Notes under the pieces: generated by a model
Database searches by the model: none
What the model saw: only the letters and a program-made list of their open reading frames with translations
Told to the model about the DNA's origin: nothing
Part shown: in pieces, positions 40,400 to 52,800 of the stretch
How positions within the stretch are numbered: position 1 is the first letter of the stretch
Layout: each line of letters begins with the position of its first letter
Assembly (NCBI GenBank): GCA_052327205.1
Contig: CM126226.1
Coordinates: forward strand, 31,310,001 to 31,374,000
Source of the DNA: Somniosus microcephalus
Lineage: Eukaryota
Direction: 5' to 3'
DNA length: 64,000 nt
Translations under genes and position numbers: made by a program

Positions 40400-40856
40400 G
40401 TAAGTGAAAGGAGGTTGGTCAATTATTTGGAGCTGAGGTTTAGTATCGCCATTAGTGTTGTTACAAAAAAGAAAAGAAAGTCTTGCATTTATATAGCGCC
40501 TTTCACGACCCCAGGATGTCCCACAGTCAATGAACTGCTTTTGGAGTGTAGTCACTGTCGTAATGTGGGAAATGCAGCAGCCAATTTGCGCACAGCAAGC
40601 TCCCACAAACAGCAATGTGATAATGGCCAGATAATCTGTTTTAGTGATGTTGATTGAGGGTATAAATATTGGCCAGGACACCGGGGATAATCCCCTGCTC
40701 TTCTTTGAAATAGTGCTGTAGGATCTTTTACGTCTCAGTTTAACATCTCATCTGAAAGATGGCACCTCCAACAGCGCAGCACTCCCTCAGTACTGCTCCC
40801 TCAGTACTACCGGAGTGTCAACCTAGATTTCTGTGCTCAAGTCTCTGGGGTGGGAC

Positions 40857-40897
<41 letters not shown>

Positions 40898-43800
40898 AAC
40901 TGAGCCACAGCTAACGAGCACAATAGGGTACCAGTTTCCTGCCCACAGTTGTCTCAGACAGAAAGCCTAGGTAACTACTGAGTTTTCCCTGTCACTACCT
41001 CCATTTGCTCCTCTTCACTTGTGAGCTGTCCTCCACCACTGCCCCATCCTCAAGCTGAATACTTACTTGAATGAAATATTGTGTTCACTGCTCAGTTAAC
41101 AATGTTATTTTCTCGGAATGTCAGTCCTCAAATGACTATTGTCTAAAATTAAATCTCCCTCGCTGTGTTATTTTTCTGTTTACTTCAGGTGAATTTACTT
41201 TGTCTAAAGAGCCCAAACCAGTCCAAATGTGCCCTAGGCATCCCAAACCTGTGCCGTTGGTGCATCCCATGCCGATTCTAAAAGAAGCTCTAGAAAAGGT
41301 TAGTAAATAACAAATAGTACACCTGGCGTTAAAAGAAATTTGGAAAATCTAGAATGGAGGGCAAGATTCTGGTCAACTTAGAATTTCACACTAACTGCTC
41401 ATCTTTGGAAGGGTGCTCATTTTTGGCAGAATAACACAAAGTTGAAACAATAGCCAGAAAGAAGCAAAAACAAAAAGAGAGAGAAAACTGTGTGTTCAAT
41501 CACATTTCCCAGTGAAAAATTAGAAATTAAATTTTAATTAGATGGGGATTTTTTCAACATGGAAAGAGTTGAATTTAACTTACCAATTTATATTTTACAC
41601 ACAACCTCAGATTTGTAAAAAAAAATAACAGTAGAAACTGTTGCTTTAGGAATTATCATTCTGTCAATTACCTTGAAGATTTACATGTGGCATGGATTGG
41701 AACTACTGTATTGCAGTGGATGTGGGGGTCACTGTTACTGACGTGACTCAGCACATCCTTCTGATCTGCAAGTGGAGGTGGTGGGCGGGTGAGTTTATTT
41801 TTTTTAATCTATTTCTTTGGATGTGGGCAACACCAGCAAGGCAGCATTTCTGGCCCATCCCTAGTTCCTTGAGGGCATCAAGATTCAACCACATAATAAC
41901 ATAACCCTGAAGGAAATGAATCAGTCGGGTTTTCACAACCATCCAGCATCTTTCATGATCACTTTTATTCTGGTGCTAACCCACAAATTACAACATTTAT
42001 TCAATTCAGTTTCACAACTTACTACAGTGGGATTGCTAGTCCAGTATCAGGACCACTAGGCCATTGACCCTGTAGAAGGCGCTGTGCAATCAAGATTCGT
42101 GTATGAAATTCCTAAGTCTATCTACTCCTTTACTCCTTTCAAAGTTTTACCTTTAAGTGTATGTTTCTTCTTAATATTCTCTGGAGTTTAGAAGAATGAG
42201 AGGTGATCTCATTGAAACATAAGATTCTGAAGAGGATTGACAGGGTAGATGCTGAGAGGTTGTTTCCCCTGGCTGGAGTGTCTAGAACTAGGGGGCATAG
42301 TCTCAGGATAAGGGGTCGGCCATTTAAGACCGAGATGAGGAGGAATTTCTTCACTCAGAGGGTTGTGAATCTTTGGAATTCTCTGCCCCAGACGGCTGTG
42401 AATGCTGAGTCTTTGAATATATTCAAGGCTGAAATAGATAGATTTTTGGACTCGAGGGGAATCAAGGGATATGGAGATCGGGCGGGAAAGTGGAGTTGAG
42501 GTCGATGATCAGCCATGATCTTACTGAATGGCGGAGCAGGCTTGAGGGGCCGTATGGCCTACTCCTGCTCTTATTTCTTATGTTCTTATGTAAAATATAT
42601 TAACTCACATTTTTCCACATTAAATTTATTCCGATATCTATCTGCCCAGTCAATTAACCTGTTTGTCTTTCAAAAGTCACGTACAATCCTCTTCACAGTC
42701 AACCGTGCTTTCTATTTCTGTCTCATCTGTAAATTTTGATATCCTATACTCAAGTCCAGGCCATTTATTTATACAGTGAGAAGAGCATTTGTCCCAACAT
42801 TGATGCGTGAGGAACACCACAATTTACATCCCTCCTGTCCATAAAACATTCATTAATCACTGCTCTCTGTTTACTGTCCCTTAAAACTCCCATCCACGGT
42901 ATCACATTCCAATTGAAATTGTCTGCCTTAATTTTATCAAGAAGCTCTCTTATGTAGCATCTTCTAAAACGCCTTTAGGCTGACACTCCAGTGCAGCACT
43001 GAGGGAATGCTGCACTGTCGGAGGTGCCGCCTTTCGGATGAGATGTTAAACCGAGGCCCCTTCTGCTCTCTCAGGTGGACGCAAAAGATTCAACGGCACT
43101 ATTTGGAAGAAGAGCAGGGGAGTTCTCCCCGGTGTCCCGGCCAATATTTATCCCTCAATCAACATCACTAAAATGGATTATCTGGTCATTACCACATTGC
43201 TGTTTGTGGGAGCTTGCTGTGCGCAAATTGGCTGCCGTGTTTCCTACATTACAACAGTGACTACACTCAAAGTACTTAATTAGCTGTAAAGCGCTTTGAG
43301 ACGTCCGGTGGTCGTGAAAGGCACTATATAAATGCAAGTCTTTCTTTTCGAAAATCCATACACACAGCATCAACTGCATTTGCTTCATCAATACACTCTA
43401 CCATTTCCTCAAAAGGACTCCATTAAATTTATCAGACACAACAAACGTATCCAACAAGTGACAGAGGCCTTGTTTGTAAGGGGCAACATCACATTCCCTG
43501 TAGAGAGGAAGCAGCAGATAGACAGGACGCAGAACTTTTCCTGGGAGACAGGGTTCTCGAAAATGAAGAGTATTGTAGGTGGCAGCCATGTGTTATACAG
43601 ACAGTTACATCTGACCACCACCTACTGCCAGACATGTTGCACTGCTGTCATCTGGGGTGGCTGCACTGCATTGCCAAACAGGGTAACCCTCCCTACACCC
43701 ACTTTATGCTCCATTTCACCAATCATAAAATGGGAGGCCACGTTCTGCACCGCCCCATCTCTTGCCCATAGACTTAATTTCATGTCTACATATTTGCTTT

Positions 43801-46800
43801 CCTTTCATTTTTGCCTGGTATTTGTTACCCTCTCCCCCCACCCCTTGCCGTACAGCTTTGGCAAGGGCTGAGGAATTTTTCAAACCCATTTTGAAGCTTA
43901 ATAAAGACTGAAACAATATTTGGCTGCCTGTTCAGCCTTTACGTGGGCATGTCCCTTTAAATTTGAGTTGCTAGCCAGATTTACTCCACGTTCATTAGGT
44001 TTTTAAAAATTTGTTCCTGGGATGTGGGCATCGCTGGCAAGATCAGCATTTATTGCCCATCCCTAATTGCCCTTGAGAAGGTGGTGGTGAGCCGCTTTCT
44101 TGAACCGCTGTAGTCCGTGTGTTGAAGGTACTCCCATAGTGCTGTTAGGGAGGGAGTTTCAGGATTTTGACCCAGCGACTATGAAGGAACGACGATTCTT
44201 CCAAGTCAGGATGGTGTGTGACTTGGAGGTGATGGTGTTACCATGAGTCTGCTGCTCTTGCCCTTCTAGGTGGAAGAGGTCGCGGGTTTGGGAGGTGCTG
44301 CCGAAGAAGCCTTGGCGAGTTGCTGCAGTGCATCTTGTAGATGGTACACACTGCAGCCACGGTACGCTGGTGGTGGAGGGAGTGAATGTTTAAGGTGGTG
44401 GATGGGGCGCCAATCACGCGGGCTGCTTTGTCCTGGATGGTGTTGCTGGTACAAAGAGCCTATACCAATTATTCATATGAGTTCAACCCACACAAATGTA
44501 TGCAGTCTGCACAATGTGCTGTGGGCTCACTTTGCCTTGGCACAAGTTTTGTTGGAAGCACAAGATTGGGACTAATACTTGTGAATGATATGGAACTGTA
44601 ATAGTGCTGTTATATTTGCCAATGACATGAAGCTATGTGAGTAGATAACAAGTAAAATGCAAAGATTTATTATGTAACTGGGTTGCGATATGGCAGATCG
44701 ACTTTAAAAGCAAATATAAGTATAATATGAAAGGGTTCTGTTTTTAGTTAGGTTAATGGAACTTTGCGATTGAGATAACATGAAAAAGTCTCTACCGGCA
44801 AAGGCTGATAAATAAAAGGATTGGGGAATGTTCATAAATCATTGCTTGAAAGCATCTAGTCAATGGAAATCACAAAAGGATTTGTTGGAAAGGATTCAGA
44901 GAAAGGTGAGCAGGAGGAAAGAAGACTGAGGGGAGACATGATCTAAGTCTTTAAAATAATGAAAGGTAAAACACTTCAATGGAAATAAAAATGGGGAAAG
45001 ATGTAAAACATTCTGTTGACTCGCCATCACCCGTTTTACATTGTCGCAGAGTCAGGATCTACCCCATTCACTCGGGAGTTATATTTTTCATTGCACGTTA
45101 TTACCAAAATTATATTTCTCTTTGAATATTCACAAATAAAAGTTAGGCAAATATGGACTCTCTCTTTCAGGTTGACTTTCTTTTACGCCATCAACTACAT
45201 CCAATGAGTCTGCCATCCATTTCAGCTATTGTAATCTATAATGATACTGTGCTGTGGACTGGAAATTTTGGGAAAAGAAATGCATCAGACGAATTTTCAC
45301 CTCCACCAAATGAATATACTGCTTACAGGTAACTTTACACATCCAGCTGTGCTATCTGACACCTTGGACCAATCTTACTTTCCATGACAAATGATCCAGT
45401 GCAGAATTCCATTCGCTTATTTAAGGTGCCTTTACCTGTAGCAACTCTAAGTGTAAAGGTGCTGTTTTATTTAAAAAGATTGTTATTTCACAAATCACAA
45501 GATGGGTTTGGATGAAGGAGGTGCTTCAGCCCACTGGTCTCTCAGAATACCAACCCTACCATCTTCCCATTGCAGTACCAGCTGTTTCCTAAATGAAACC
45601 AGTCGTCTAAAACCATCTTTTGTGACAGCCCCTCGCAGCTTCTTGGCATTTGTGCTAAACTTGCCCTTCAGAATCCTGAACCTGGTCCCTCTTATCCCAC
45701 GGCCATGTTGTATCTTAAATTATTGTTCTGGGTTTACTTTCTCTGTTTTGTTAATGATCTGATATACAGTGTTCTGGCCAGGACTCGAGAGCAGCTTCAC
45801 ACCTCTAGAATGTCCCCTTCGCGCCATTCCGTTTTGAGGTTGCAGAGCCATTATCTCATCAAGTCATTGTATTCAGTTCAGGTTTTTTTCCCCCCTCACA
45901 TTGCTTGTATGCAATGATTGACAATTGCCCCCCTGTCACCACCACCCCCCACCCCCACCGCCACGTTTGCTTCAGCTTTCCGTCGGCAGGTCCTTTTTCC
46001 ACCCAAGTAGTCCACCTACTTTCTGTTTTTTTCTGTCTGAATGTATTGAACTTCATTTTCCTTTGATCAGCTGAAGCTCGTACCCGGTGGAGCTCCTGAG
46101 GCCACAGCGCGCCCTGGCTTGGTGTCATCTGTGCACTTAATTAGCTTGATGTGAGACGTCACATCCAGGTCACTTCGGTATACCAGAGAGAGAAAATCAC
46201 AACAAAGATCCCCGGGGAACCTCACTCAATATCTCCTTCCATTTTGATCCATCCCCTCTTACAACCAACCTCTGCTTCATTCTCTTTGGGCAGTCACTAA
46301 TCTGCATCCATGTATTACCTTTGATTTCCATTGTAAGTAATTTGTAAAGAAATGTCATGTGGCAAAGCTTTTCTTTATCCTTCTTTTCATTTTCCTCCCT
46401 TCTTTTCTATCTTGTGTTTCTTTTTCCACTCCCTCTGTGGCCAGGACCTGTTTTCCCCACGAGGTGCATTCTCAGACTATTATGCGCTGTGACTCATGCA
46501 GCAATGAGCAATACTATTCCCTGCGGTGCTCTAATTGCCATTCACAGTGTTACTTAACACTTATTACATTAAGTACAGTATCATTCTGTTTCCTGTAAGT
46601 TAATTTACTGCTGGTAAATGAAGGTGAACAATCTGAATGTTTGCAACAATCGTAATAATCATTCTATAAAGTTACTGTAGGGTGATATTGGATGTTACAG
46701 TTGCAGACAAAATGGCTAACTGAAGCCATGGTGTAACTACTGAACTCACATCGATTTGAAAGAAATAAGGATTTGCATCTGTAAAACACTCTCATTTATC

Positions 46801-49800
46801 AAAAACATCTCAAAGCATTTTACACACAATCAATTACTTTGAAATGCAGTGACTGTTATAAGAAAGAAAGAACTTGTATATTTATATATAGCAGCACCTT
46901 TCGCCACCCCCGGACGTCCCAAAGTCAACTAAGTACTTTTGAGGTGTAGTTACTGTTGTAATGTAGGAAATGTAGCAGCCAATTTGGTCACAGCAAGGTC
47001 GGGTGTTGGGTGAGGGATAAGTGTTGGACACCGGGAGAACTCCCCTGGTCTTCTGTGAATAGTACCATGGGATCTTTTACGTCCATCTGAGAGAGCAGAT
47101 GGGAAATCAAGCCCCACACCAGAGACTTGAGCACATACTCCAGGCTGACATTTTAGTGCAGAGCTGCACTGTCAGAGGTGCTGTGTTTTGGATCAGACAT
47201 TAAACCGAGGCCCCGTCTGCCCTCTCCGGTGGACGGAAACAATCTCATGGCATTATTTGAAGAAGATCAGGGGAGTTCACCTGGTGTCCTGGCCAACATT
47301 TATTCCTCAACCAACTAAAACAGATTATCTGACCATTATCACATTACTATTCGTGGCACCTTGCTGTGTGCAACTGGCTGCCGCGTTTCCCTACATTACA
47401 ACAGTGACTACCCTCAAAAGTACTTAATTGGCTGTAAAGCATTTTGGAACATCCTGAGGTCATGAAAGGCGCTATAGAAATGTAAGTTCTTTTTTTCCTT
47501 TAAATGTGATACATTAAAAGAATTTGGCAGATGTCCGACAGGGCAAGTCAATGGTAGAAGCTGACAACTGCTCAGAAGAAAGTTTCTATATTGTTCTCTG
47601 AGGTAGTCGAATTCTGCAAGTGATTCCAGAAGATCTAAGAATATGGTTGCTTGACTAGGAGCATAAGACTGAAGCAGTTAGGTGAATGAGCAGACCACTA
47701 TGCCACATTACAAGTGTTGGGGTCCCAGCGACTGGAGAGGAGACAGTTGGATGTGTGTCCACAGCTTCAAAATCCAGGAGGTGTGCCAGAGCAAGACCCC
47801 ATGGGGTGAGACCTCAGGTACTCCAGCTATAGCACAATATGGCACAGTACGAGCAACTGCTGGTCCAGGCGTGGGCCAGATCCCAATTAGGAAGGCCAAA
47901 CCCAACTCCGAAGACATGAAACTGGGGTGCGTGCAAAGGCATACGATAGCATTCCTGGGCTCAGTGTTGATAAACGATCCACCAAAGGACTACATGATAT
48001 TGGGTGCACCCTTACACTGGTAAAACCACCCCTGGTGCAGGACGACTAACACCTAGAGAATAGGCTGGCTCATGCTCGCTCATGGTCTCACTGGGTCAGT
48101 TGGCCAGTGATTGATCAGAATACCACTCGTGGTTGGTTGTGGAAGTAGTCACATCAACACCTATACCATTTCTGCTGGGAAATCATTTGTATGATGAGCA
48201 TGTTGTTGCTAATTTGGTTATAGAAGAGAAAGCTTGAGTGGTGACTCGGAGCCAGGCAAAGGCTGTGGTGTCCGTACAGTGTGAAAAAAGGATGGACATA
48301 CAGATGTTGTGGGTTCCTTGAACTGTCAGGAGTCACTCTGGGAATGGTACATATTAACCATGATAGACTACACACCTGGGTATCCAGATACAGTAGCTCT
48401 TATGCCCATGGCCGCAGATACCATAACCGATGCATTGTTAGAGATGTTTGCTCATCTCGTGTCCAAATTAGAAGCAAATCCTTTTCCTCCTCATCAGAAG
48501 AAAAAGATGGGGAAAAAACAAACTTAATTCGACTTCTTTTGCACACTTTCATTTTTAAAATATGTACTTATGGTGAGATTCCTTCTTAATCTCAGTAAAT
48601 GTGAAATGTTTTGTGGTATTGAATTCAGTGAAAATCCTAATCAAATTCCTCTTGTTTCAGGATCGCAAGCATTTCCAAGATATTCCCTACTATAATGCTG
48701 TACAAACTATGGCAGGAAGGAAAAATTACATCTCTGGATGACCCACTAACAAAATATGTCGAAAACTTTACAGTTAAAAACCCACTGGGCAACTCGAAAG
48801 AATTAGAACATAAATATGAAGCAGGCGGCCTGGTATTTCTTGAGAGAAGGAAATCTGCTACAAAGGTAGCATCTGTGACATTGAAAAGAATGGCCAGTCA
48901 GCTGTCAGGTGAGGAAAGTATTTTACAAAATATATTCTTGAACAAAATATAGATTAAACTGTTGTCTAGTTAATAATTTTAGAAAGTAACAACGTTATGT
49001 CAAGAAATAGAGTTAGCGTGGAGTAAGTCAAAGAAAGAGTGTAGTGAACACCTAAGCTAATTATGAGCAGGTTTTACACATTTGCACCTGTGCAGTTTTA
49101 CAAGCCAGGAACGTATATTGGAAATTTGGGCCTGGACTTCAGGAAGTATTCATTAAATATATTCACAATTCAGGAAGTATTCATTAAATATATTCACAAT
49201 TCATTAAATATATTCAAGAAGGAGTTGGATATATTTCTTAAGGCTAAAGGGATCAAGGGATATGGGGAGAAAGCAGGGACCGGGTACTGAATTTGAATGA
49301 TCAGCCATGATCTCATTGAATGGCGGAGCAGGCTTGAGGGGCCGAATGGCCTACTCCTGCTCCTATCTTCTATGTTTCTATGAAGTCCCAGAATATTTTC
49401 CATCCTGCGAAGCCTGCTGACCTATGGGCCCACATTTGCTGTATGCTCTCCCAGTGAACTAAATATCTTAACACCGAATTTAGAAAGTATCACAAAACAT
49501 CAAATTTTATAACTCTCATCTGCATACAGGCCAACCCACAAACCTCGGAAAAGCTCACAAATAACTTCAAAAAAGCTGACACCACCCCAAAAAGCTGACA
49601 ATTCAAAAACAGGCCTCAATCGAGGCCTATGACCACGGCCACTGTTTCAAGGTGACCCAATGTATTCAGCGAAAGACAGTGAAACAGCCAAGTAAACTTG
49701 GCCACATAATATTCAATTATGTGGAGAAATCAAGTTTAAAAAATAAAAAATAATTTCTTTATCTGTCGCCTTTTCACATTCTCCAACTTCCCAATCATGC

Positions 49801-52800
49801 TTTAGTGTACCTTAAGGTTTTGATGGCTTTCAGTTTGAGATCAACTTCTAAGGACTTGTAATTGTTGACTTTAGTTGCAGAAACATTTAAATGTTGTGTG
49901 AAATGGTTTGCAGGGTTACCCAGGCGACTCAGGTCAACTAGTCTGCTGTGGGAAGGAAACACTGAGATGGCACTGAATCTTCTGCAGGACGATTTACTTG
50001 TTGCGGATCCTGGCACAAGGTTGGAGTTCAACTTTTATATCACCCTGCAACGCTGACAAAAAGTAGCGCGGAATTTCAAACTTTTTAAAGAATTGCTGAC
50101 CAATTAGAACTTCTAGCTGTCCCTTGATTTTTTTAAAACATTTATATGTGACGAACCATCCGTACCCAATTAAGTATTCCAATCTTTCTTTATTCTATAC
50201 AAATAGTTGGTGAAACCGTTCATGAGAGTAGCACAAGGGGTCTGGCTTCAACCCACCTTAAACAAAATGGTGGGAAGATCGCTCATCTCACTGCAATAAC
50301 AAGTAAGGACAGTTTTAATCTGGTTTCCATCACAAAGACTGCCTCAAAATATATTTGATTGGTATTTTGCTGCCATTATAACTAATCTGGAAGGCGCCAG
50401 CGTGATTACGCTGACAGACAAATGTCCAGAGCGTGTGAGGCGGAGCGGGTGTTATGCTTCTACAGTGGGGGGTTGCATCTTAGATGAGAGTTATGGTGCA
50501 CTTATGGATTAATGTTGCAACTAACCCACATCCGAGACAAATTGAGTTAAAGCAGAAGAACATTTCAATTATCAGTGCTATTAGTCCTCTTTGTCTTAGG
50601 AAATTTTCTGAGCACTGACTCACATTACTGTAACAGAACAACATCTGAGAAATGTTGTGAGGCCACACCCGCAGCTTGAGGCCGCCTCATTAGCGGAAGC
50701 AGGTGGGGAAATCGGGAACGGAATTCGGTGCAATTTTTTTTTTTTACTTAGCAGATGCGATTTTACGACATGGTTTTGGGGGCTTGATAGCTCGGCTGTG
50801 CTACCAGCATGTGCGGGCTTCATAACTAGTGTTACTTTACCTATTATAACTGGGCATATGACTGCTGAGCTGATAAGAACTGCTTAGTCAAGCTTCTTAA
50901 AGTTAGGCTTTGGTATTTCTGTGTAGTGCTGCCTTTTTTGTTCAAGCCTTAGTTTTGCTGGGCTGCACTCACATTTACAGTGTTGCAATCCTGCTGCAGT
51001 ACAAGTGATGCCTAAGGGGGTTGGGAGCTGTATCAATGCTCATACTGTTCCATGATTTGGAGGAGGAAGACTACTTCATGAGAGGACATTATCTGCAGGT
51101 GTAAAGACTCCCCAGGCAACACGAGGACTACCTAAAGGCTTCCTGCGATCCCTGAACGATGGTACTTGGAAGATCTTGGAAGTCACTCACCATCATTGTC
51201 TCCAAACAATCCCCCAAGACCTGGCACTCAGTTGTTACTGCATCCATGTTGGAGGCACTGACCAGTCTCTGTATTTGGGGGGGGGGGGGGGGGGGCAGAT
51301 GAAGATGTTCCTGGAGCTGCCGCTCATTCTGCATGGATGAGAAGCCTTCCCTGATCGTAGCGCAGAGAATGGTTTTGGACTCCACCATGACCCCAACCAT
51401 CTGCTGTGCATCCTGGGAGAGCCTGTGCAGTCCCTCCACACATGTGTAACGCTCGGCCAGCATTCTTGTTTTCATGGCCGGACCCCCTGAAATCTAATCT
51501 GCAGCTTCCTAAACCTGTGCTCGGCAACCTTAGGCTATTTTTCCACTGCTGCCTGCTCTGACTGCCTTATGCCCTGTGCATCGCCGGTGCAAAGTCTCCA
51601 TCTAAAATGTCTCTTCACCTCTGCATGGGGGTTCTCTGGGCTGGTGGTGGAGAGCGAGATGGTGAATGATGAAGTGGGTGGTGATGTGGTGGTGTATGTA
51701 GAAGTTGAGAGGCCTGCTACTACTACTTCCTTCTACACGTTCTCCTCCTCTTCCTCCACTGCTCCCTGCTGTCTTGCATCTAGAAGGAAAGTACAGGCTG
51801 ATAGGTTAGAAAGTGTGCTGGACAAAGTAGAAAAATGCCTGTCGCAGAGAAATGAATAACAGGAGCCCCCTTGTACTCCACCCCTGGCTGTGCTCCCACC
51901 ATAGAGCAGAGAAAAGCTGCAGGAGGTACAGGACACACAGAGCCTCTCACTTCTCTAACAGTCACAGTCTGGGTTGAGTGCCTCCCCAGGAGGGATGGGC
52001 CCTCTTCCTCGTGAGGGGTCTGGACTCAAATCTTCCCCCCTCTCCCTCCAACCCCACCTTCATGCCCCGTCTTACCCTGGAATTTCGGGCAATCTTCTCC
52101 TGAAGGAAGAATGTTGAACAATGTGAAATGCATATGGGTGACAAAATCCTATTGAGCCCATGCAGTCAGTATTCAAATTGAAGGGAAAGATAGGAGCTGA
52201 AAGGAACTAAGCACATGGGAAGGGAACATTAAGAGGGAGGTCTATGAGTGAAGGTATCTACTCGGGTCATGTGGGTGAAGACTGGGACTTTGGATGACTG
52301 GTGCACTAAGCAGCCCCGTAAGATAATGGGTGAACACTGAGGCCAAGGAGTGATATATCTTCACATCACCCTCTGAAAACTTTGCTGCCCTGTTTTGGTC
52401 GTGGTGATGCTGCTTACATAAGAACATAAGAAATAGGAGCTGGAGTAGGCCATTTGGCACTTCAAGCCTGCTCTGCCATTCAATAAGATCACGACTGATC
52501 CTCTACCTCAACTCCACCTTCCTGCACTATCCCCATATCCCTTAATTCCCTTCATTCTCAAAAACTTATTGACCTCTGTCTTGAATATACTCAACGACTG
52601 AGCATCCACAGCTCTCTGGGGTAGAGAATTCCAAAGATTCACAACCCTTTGAGCAAAGAAATTTCTCCTCATCTCAGTCCTAAATGGCCTACGCCTTATT
52701 CTGTGACGGTGATCCCGTGTTCTAGATTCCCCAGCCAGGGGAAACATTTCCCAGCATTAACACCGTTAAACCCCTTCTACTGTCACTGACCTCTTTAGAC

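Noticed and set aside
43332-43871. 179-aa intronic ORF
   Set aside because: It starts in a SINE tail and has no recognisable domain or splice support; likely chance.
51277-51295. Long poly-G run (and poly-C at about 52837-52855)
   Set aside because: Simple homopolymers inside decayed repeats; their lengths are unreliable in assemblies.
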